Part shown: in pieces, positions 55,650 through 64,000 of the stretch
Layout of the letters: the number at the start of each line of letters is the position of its first letter
Numbering within the stretch: the first letter of the stretch is position 1
Assembly (NCBI GenBank): GCA_964016885.1
Contig: OZ024740.1
Coordinates: 56,978,001 to 57,042,000 of the forward strand
From: Eledone cirrhosa
Taxonomy: Eukaryota
Direction: 5' to 3'
DNA: 64,000 nucleotides
Made by a program: the position numbers and the translations under genes
The notes under the pieces: generated by a model
Told to the model about the DNA's origin: nothing
The model's input: the letters and a program-made list of their open reading frames with translations, nothing else
Databases searched by the model: none

Positions 55650-56075
55650 ATAATTGTTTCAGATTTAGGTACAAGGCCAATTTTTAGGCGGGGGGGGGAG
55701 TCGATAAATCGACCTCAGTGCATTACTGCTGCTTAATTTTATTGACCCCGTAAGGATGAAAGACAAAGCTAACCTCGGCGGGATTTGAACTTAGAACGTA
55801 AAGGGCCGTAACTTAATGCCGCAAAGCATAATGTCTGGTGATTAATAATAATAATAATAATAATAATGGTTTCTTATATAGGCACAAGGCCAGCAATTTT
55901 GGGGGAGGGAAAAGTCGATTAAATCGACCTCAGTGCGTGACTGGTACTTTATTTTATCGACCCCGTAAGGATGAAAGGCAAAGTTAACCTCGGCGGGATT
56001 TGAACTCAGATCATAAAGGGCCGTAACTCTATGCAGCAAGGCATGGCGTCCGACCCTCTACCGATACTGCCAATC
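55650..56075 (-). mobile_element. Two tandem copies of the tRNA-derived SINE with (TAA)n linkers; another partial copy at 52300-52392
   Basis: Same B-box and central domain as 25738-26150. Confidence 0.82.
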
Positions 56076-56189
56076 CAAATAATGATAATAACAATAATAT
56101 AATTATAATATACCAAGATTAGATTTCATAACTTCTTTAATTTTGCAATTAAGCATAGTACATATTTCTGTAATGAAATGGTTCCGTTA

Positions 56190-56486
56190 TTGTACCATGA
56201 TGCAATCCATGGCACGACGTCTTTAGATGGCCCATTAGGTAATCTATTTGTAAAGCACTATAATGTTAATTTTACAGTGTGTGTTGATAGGTATGGTAAA
56301 AGAAAATACCCTCTTAACCCCGCTTACCAGAACACACTGTAAAGTTAACGTGAATTATAAACTGGAGAGGGGCATCTGGAATAACACTATACGCAGGTTT
56401 GTCTCCATGCCAATACATTATAGTATCTTACAAATGGATTATCTAATAGGGCGTCTAAAGATGTGTCATGGATTGCATCGGTATAT
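56190..56486. mobile_element. Diverged MITE-like foldback (similar architecture at ~45750-46040)
   Basis: GATGCAATCCATGGCAC..CTTTAGA..CCATTAG.TAATC.ATTTGTAA is inverted at 56415-56482. Confidence 0.6.
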
Positions 56487-57130
56487 AATGACATAAGCAT
56501 GTGTGTTTGTGTGCGTGTGTTTGTGTGTGTGTGTGTTTGTGTTTCTGTGTGTGAGTGTGTGTGTTTGCGTGTGTGTGTGTTTCGAAAAAGAGAAGAATGA
56601 TTTCACTGATTGTTGGCATGTCTTATTAATCCAATGTTGCTTTTTTTTATTTTTTTTTTTATTAAGCCTTGTACGTTCTTGTTAACTTCAGTGGAGAAAT
56701 TTCTTGAAAATCGACGCCGAATACGAAAAAGTTCCCCGTCGAAGTTAACAAAGACAAATTACACTACAAAAGTTAAACAAGGACTTACAAGGATTAATAA
56801 CAAAAATATCTATATATAAAAGATTGGATTATTAAAAGATACTAACCATCAATGAAGTAATTCTTTTTTTTTTTTTTTAATGTATCATACTCTACCAAGG
56901 GTTTCCACTATATATATATTTTTATACTTGGGGAGGGTCATATTGTTGTAATAATATTGCCAGAAATAATAAAAGAACACACTCACTGTATATAAATAGG
57001 AAAATGTTCAAGACCGCGATGGCAGAGCTCAAGCCGTTTCGACGGCTATTTCTGGACCCGAAATATTTCACTCTACTACCCAAAGTATCGAGTACTCTGG
57101 TGCGTTATGGTCCTTACCATACTTCCTTCG

Positions 57131-57194
<64 letters not shown>

Positions 57195-58285
57195 GGAAAA
57201 AATGAAACGAAATTTCATTTCTCGCTCTTAGTACGGCTGTTACTTAAATATAAGTATGTATACGTACATACATATATGTATACAGACGTACAGTAGTATG
57301 TATATATATACATACATGCACACATATATATATGTACGTATGGATTTACCGAACATTTATTATAATGCTTGGTTTGTTTGTAAACAAACATCCCGAATTA
57401 AGCCGTACAGTGTTTAGCAACCATCGTTGCCCTTTTGTTCAACACTGACAAAGGGACGATATACTAGTTTCAAGCTTATTAGCTATCGTCAGCACCGCAT
57501 ACCTTTCTGCCAGATGATTGAACGTCTGAAAGTATATATTTTCCTTATGCATATTAACGGCTGAGCAGCCTAATTTGCATATCGAATGAGTTAATAGGCC
57601 GGGCGCACCAAAAACGATAAATGGAAAAAATGAAACGAAATTAGTACGGCTGTTACTTAAATATAAGTATGTATACGTACATACATATATGTATACAGCC
57701 GATTAACTCACTCGATATGCAAATTAGGCTGCTCAGCCGTTAATATGCATAAGGAAAGTATATACTTTCAGACGTTCAATCATCTGTCAGGAAGGTATAC
57801 GGTGCTGACGATAGCTAATAAGCATGAAACTAGTACATCGTTCCTTTGTCAGTGTTGAACAAAAGGGCAACGATGGTTGCTAAACACTGTACGGCTTAAT
57901 TCGGGATGTTTGTTTACAAACAAACCGAGCATTATAATAAATGTTCGGTAAATCCATACGGACATATATATATATATATATATATGTGTGCATATATGTA
58001 TATATATATACATACTACTGTACGTCTGTATACATATATGTATGTACGTATACATACTTATATTTAAGTAACAGCCGTACTAAGAGTGAGAAATGAAATT
58101 TCGTTTCTTTTATTTTCCATTTATCGTTTTTGGTGCGCCCGGCCGATTAACTCACTCGATATGCAAATTAGGCTGCTCAGCCGTTAATATGCATAAGGAA
58201 AGTATATACTTACTATATGCATGTATGTATATATACATACTACTGTACGTCTGTATACATATATGTATGTACGTATACATACTTT

Positions 58286-58328
<43 letters not shown>

Positions 58329-58334
<6 letters not shown>

Positions 58335-59304
58335 GGAAATCAGTAAAATCGAATCTCTGGCGGTTTGCAAGTAAATTCGGCCTACTTATATGAAGTGATG
58401 AGTTAGCAAAGCACTCGATAAGATTGGGCTCAGAGTTATAACATACGTTTAAATAGCTTGACAAATCGAACATTGTGGTAGGCTAAACTAACACACAATA
58501 TATACCAAAGGAACGATAGAATTAATCAGGTTGAGAAAAATACACCTGGACAAATCAAACGGGCATACGTTTAAAGTGTTTCTCTGAATCCGAAATCAAA
58601 TATCAGACTTACTTGAATGGCAAGATCGTGGTATTGGTGACTGAACAGAGGACTCAGTTTATCAACAGGTTTTCGTTCTGCTTAGAATCAGGAGTGATAT
58701 AATATGTTGCCGCTCGTATGGCTGCTAATCGAATCTATAGTTATCACGTGTTAATTCCGGCAAGGGAAATAACCCCCGGTTTTTGGCGGGTCAATTCAAA
58801 TGCTAGCGAATGGAAATATTTTAATTTCCACTAATCATCATGATAAGCTCTCGACTAGATGTTATAAAACTAACACAAATAATTAATCAATCAACAGAAT
58901 TTTCCAATTAAATTAATTGGTTAATTATTAAATCTAGGAGATTAATATAATTGGATATCAGTAAAATCGAATTTCTGGCGGTTTGCAAGTAAATTCGGCC
59001 TACTTATATGAAGTGATGAGTTAGCAAAGCACTTGATAAGATAGGCCTCAGAGTTATAACATACGTTTAAATAGCTTGACAAATCGAACATTGTGGTAGG
59101 CTAAACTAACACACAATATATACCAAAGGAACGATAGAATTAATCAGGTTGAGAAAAATACACCTGGACAAATCAAACGGGCATACGTTTAAAGTGTTTC
59201 TCTGAATCCGAAATCAAATATCAGACTTACTCGAATGGCAAGATCGTGGTATTGGTGACTGAACAGAGGACTCAGTTTATCAACAGGTTTTCGTTCTGCT
59301 TAGA
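58329..59304. repeat. Partial tandem of a 619-bp non-coding unit (58329-58947 plus 58948-59304) between (TA)n tracts
   Basis: Near-identical direct repeat with offset 619. Confidence 0.85.
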
Positions 59305-59649
59305 TATATATATATATAGTGAAAACTTGGACGGGAACAGAAACAGAGAGGCAGACAAATAAAGTTTATTAGGTTATATATTAATATAAGTTTATCCCGG
59401 GTTCAATCAGGGGTAATCACAGTAAGTAAGGTACTCAATACATAGCAGAGTATAAATATTGGATATAGAAATTGCTTCTACAGGACTAGAACTGTTTCAT
59501 TCAGGAGAAATCATCAGGGCGTCCTGATGACTTCTCCCGAGAAAACAGTTCTAGTCCTGTAGAAGCCATTTATATATATATATATATATATATATGGGGG
59601 GGGGGGGGCATGTGCTCTATCAATATATAACAGTTGAAAATTAGAATGC

Positions 59650-60130
59650 AGTTATATGACCTCCTTTTCAGCCAAGAGACATACCGATACATATTCAAAC
59701 ATTGATACATATTCAAACATTGTGGGTCAACATTCATTACAGAATTTAGAGTGGCAGTACACACTTCGAGAATACATTTATATTAGGAGGTACAATCAAA
59801 AATCAAAAATACAGGTTAAAATACAACATGAAGACAAGCGGTTATATAGTGCAAATGTTATATGTGTGGCACGCATGTGCGTGTTGTTTATATAGTGTGG
59901 CAGAGAGATATGTGTGGTAGAGGCACTTAGGTAGGTAAACAAGAGTGTTAGGATGGTAGATCTGGTGGCAAATTCTTTATATGATTGATATAGTCTGTGT
60001 GTGGAGAATTGGCTGAAAAGGAGGTCATATAACTGTCCATGCATTAATAAATTGCTCCGAAGAATCCAAACCTCGGTTTGGAGGAAACAGCTGTAGGCAC
60101 AATAATGTTTTGAACAGTTCTTTGATTCTT

Positions 60131-60140
<10 letters not shown>
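59650..60140. mobile_element. ORF-less PLE-A derivative: inverted pLTR piece (59650-60008) joined to the direct pLTR 3' end with hammerhead (60011-60140)
   Basis: Matches ~1640-2105 with scattered substitutions; same 3' terminus GATTCTTATATTTCATA then (TA)n. Confidence 0.88.
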
Positions 60141-60191
<51 letters not shown>

Positions 60192-60222
60192 AGTGTAATT
60201 TTCTACACAAAACGAAGGTTAT

Positions 60223-62282
60223 AGAGAAAATTGAGGTTGGTAATGGCACATGGAATATATAAGAGACAGAATACTTTTTTGTGAAAAAACATAATTTTAT
60301 AAGGTAAGGAAATAATAAAGGGTATAAAAAATGACCGGTTTCGATGGGTCTGCAAAAGCCATCTTTTCAAATGTTGATTAATATTAAGAAAAATTAATAA
60401 TACGAAGAGTTAAAATTTGAGACTTGAAAATTCAAGTATAAAATTCATTGTGGGATTTCATAGCAGTTTTCATCTAGGTAGCAACAACAGGTTGACTGCT
60501 GTGTCCCTTTCTGGTAGTGAATGAGAAGTTATTTGGGGTGTGGGTTATTTTATAAAGGTCAGATTTAGCAATAGCCAGCTGCTGGTCAGTCCCTTCTCTT
60601 ATTTGGAGACTCTTCTCTTATTTGGAGACTCTTTCCACACACACCTCAAAGCCAATTGGAAAAGATATCTAGACGACTGCTTTATCCTATGGCAAGAAGA
60701 CATGAACTCACTTACTACGTTTAAAAACATGATAAACAACATAGATAATAACATACAATTCACAATGGAATCCAATCCTAAGGAATTAGCCTTCTTGGAT
60801 ATTCTCATCTCTGTAATAGACGGGAAATTAGATACAGATATATTCTATAAACCCACAGATTCCAAGCAATACCTCTTTTTCACATCAAGTCACCCAAAAC
60901 ATACAAAACTTAACATTCCTTACAATTTGGCCAAACGTATATGTACCATAGTATCAGATCCACCTAAACGGGAGCAAAGACTAAAGGAACTAAAAGAGCC
61001 TTTCCACTTGAAACTTAAGAGCCTTTCCACTTGAAATAATCAACAATGGAATAGACAGGGCAAAACACCTAAATCCCCATCAACTTAACAATCCAAAACA
61101 GAAAACCACACTCAACACCCTGCCATATGTATCCACTTTCAACCCCAGAAATACCGAAATGTTTGATCACCTACACAAAAACCTCCCCATCCTACTTAAA
61201 GATGTAAAAATGAAGTCTATTCTTGAAACACACAAGATCCTTAAAAGTAAAAGACAACCCAAATCACTTAAACGCATTCTCACTGGACCAAATATACCCA
61301 AACCAATCCTCAACCCTACAGTTACCAAATGTGGTAGAACAAACTGTGGAACGTGCCTCTACCTCACTGAAGGACAAACATTTACATTCAAAGATGGCCA
61401 AACATTTACAGTAAAAAACAATTTCACCTGCAACTCGGAGAACTTGATTTACGCAATAACTTGCGGTGGGTGCAAACACAACTACATAGGACAGACGGGC
61501 ACCTCATTACGCAAAAGAATGACCATCCACCGCCAACAAATCCGGGACGCTAACACAAGAAAAATCCCCTTGAGCAGCCATATTGCGAACTGCGCAGGAA
61601 TGACACTACCCAACTTTAAAATCTTCCCCTTCTACAAGTGCTCAGATTCGTTCACACAACAACAAAGAATAAACAAAGAAAATCTATTCCTTAACAAATT
61701 TAAACCAAAACTAAACGGGTTATCACCCCAATAGAATTGTCATAAAATATAAACACACATACGCACGGAATCACTACTATTAAAGACCAGAGACCAATTC
61801 TGTAGAATCAGGTTTATTCATTGACAGACCATGCCTTTGTGTGACCAACACATCCATGTTAAACCCTGCACGTGCACACACGTATATCTATATATATATG
61901 CGCACACAGAATTATTTTAATTTCACTGCCCCAACTTCTTATATTATGGAAAAAATATATGTGTCTGTATGTATATATATATATATATATTTGAAGGCCA
62001 TTTCTCTGTGTGTGGGTGTATGTATGTGTGTGTGTGTGTGTGTGAGTATGTGTGTGCATGTGGATGTATGTATTGTGTGTGCGTGTGTGTGTGTGTGTGT
62101 GTATGTATGTGGGTATCTGGATGTATGCGTATGTGTATATATATATATATATGCATGTGTGTGTGTGTGTGTGTGTATATATATGTGTGTGTATGTGTGT
62201 ATATATATGTGTGTGTGTGTGTGTGTATGTTTGTATGTGTGTATGTATATATATATATGTGTGTGTGTATGTATGTGTGGGG

Positions 62283-62380
<98 letters not shown>

Positions 62381-62411
62381 GTGTATCTGGATGTATGTGT
62401 ATGTATATATA

Positions 62412-62470
<59 letters not shown>

Positions 62471-62531
62471 ATGTGTATATATGTGTGTGTGTGTGTGTAT
62501 GTATATGTATGTGTGTGTGTATGTATGTGTG

Positions 62532-62570
<39 letters not shown>

Positions 62571-62988
62571 GTATGTGTATGTATGTGTGGATGAAGGTAT
62601 GTGTGTGTATATTGCTTCCACCCCCTCACTGACCAGCAGCTGGCTATTGCTAAATCTGACCTTTATAAAATAACCCACACCCCAAATAACTTCTCATTCA
62701 CTACCAGAAAGGGACACAGCAGTCAACCTGTTGTTGCTACCTAGATGAAAACTGCTATGAAATCCCACAATGAATTTTATACTTGAATTTTCAAGTCTCA
62801 AATTTTAACTCTTCGTATTATTAATTTTTCTTAATATTAATCAACATTTGAAAAGATGGCTTTTGCAGACCCATCGAAACCGGTCATTTTTTATACCCTT
62901 TATTATTTCCTTACCTTATAAAATTATGTTTTTTCACAAAAAAGTATTCTGTCTCTTATATATTCCATGTGCCATTACCAACCTCAAT

Positions 62989-62995
<7 letters not shown>
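60223..62995 (+). mobile_element. Neptune-like PLE, 5'-truncated, with 368-bp inverted terminal repeats (60223-60590, 62628-62995)
   Basis: WKRYLDDCF, IQFTME, LAFLD, TDIFYKPTD, SSHP (60591-61034); KCGRTNCGTC, FTC..NLIYAITC..C..YIGQT, RMTIHRQQ, P.LN (61159-61734). Confidence 0.92.
62843..62890 (+). ncRNA. Type I hammerhead, family F (TTGAAAA core); mirror copy 60328-60375(-)
   Basis: AACAT-TTGAAAA-GATGG(CTTTTGCAGAC)CCATC-GAAA-CCGG-TC-ATTTT; weak stem I, palindromic CCGG, GUC site. Confidence 0.72.
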
Positions 62996-63073
<78 letters not shown>

Positions 63074-63480
63074 TGTCTATAGTCTGCCTTTCATAGGTTA
63101 TAGATTCCATACACGGGTGGTTTTTTCCCTGTATTATTGATAACACACTATATATCTCTCTCTGGTGTGTTACCTTCTCAACATATTGTATTTTAAAGAG
63201 CTCGGGATCTCTTCTCCTTTAAGCACATTATTTACAGGGAATAGCGAGGGCCTATGCCTCCGTTAATTGATCGTGATATTTCGCTCCTAATAACAGTCTT
63301 TCCTATCTCTGTTTGGTTGAGCACACTTCTCTGAGTGGCTTTGGGCTGCCCTTTCTAGCAGTGCGCCCCTCAGAGGCCACTGGTTCACTGCCCTTAAACA
63401 CGCTGTGACTTCTCTCTCCCACGTGTAGCTGGACAGTCAATTTTAAAATTCTCTTAGTGTTGTCTGAAATGTATGGCCTT

Positions 63481-63560
63481 ACACACACTGATGAACCGAG
63501 ACTAGACCATTTCTTTCTACAAATTTTTGGTGAAACATATCTTTGGATTTGTACGTGTGT
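63481..63560 (+). ncRNA. Hammerhead motif family L in a terminally redundant ~540-bp unit (63070-63720)
   Basis: ACACACA-CTGATGA-ACCG...TGGT-GAAA-CATATC(TTTG)GATTTG-TA-CGTGTGT; 63070-63190 is repeated at 63607-63720. Confidence 0.65.
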
Positions 63561-63713
63561 TATATAGTTATAGAGGTTTTTGTTTACGCTTTAATTTATA
63601 TTTTTAATCGTGTCTATAGTCTGCCTTTCATAGGTTATAGATTCGATACACTGGTGGTTTTTCCCTGTATAGCACACTATATATCTCTCTCTGGTGTGTT
63701 ACCTTCTCAACAT

Positions 63714-63789
<76 letters not shown>

Positions 63790-64000
63790 TGTATGTATAG
63801 TATATTTGGCAAGTTACTGTATGTTTAATTAAAAACATTTTGAAGTCTATACGCTATCGGTTTTAAAGTAGTGACTACGTCACTCACTTCTTTTCGGCGA
63901 AAGAAGGGAGAGAGGCTAATAGTCTGTTTCACGCTGTTTTGTGATCATCAGAGCCACGTGCTCCATGCTTCCGCCGAAAATTATAGAAGCTGGATTCTTA

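Overview
Eukaryotic, AT-rich, microsatellite-dense repeat DNA. The SINE family and repeat landscape suggest an octopus/cephalopod genome (inference). I found no credible host protein-coding gene. The window is dominated by Penelope-like retroelements (PLEs; RT plus C-terminal GIY-YIG endonuclease) of at least three types, with direct and inverted pseudo-LTRs (pLTRs), and by many short non-coding foldback or tandem units inserted into (TA)n tracts. It also holds fragments of RTE-, R4/Dong-, CRE-, L1/Tx1- and CR1-like LINEs, a tRNA-derived SINE, a Helitron helicase remnant and MITE-like foldbacks. The ORF track misses the main signal: about 35 type I hammerhead-ribozyme-like motifs from about 14 sequence families, read by eye on both strands. 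Most have a minimal palindromic stem III, and several have non-canonical cores (compensatory U3-A8, C4, A4). Several sit in ORF-less units that resemble retrozymes or non-autonomous PLE derivatives. All RNA folds are manual and untested, clade names come from motif recall, and boundaries are approximate.
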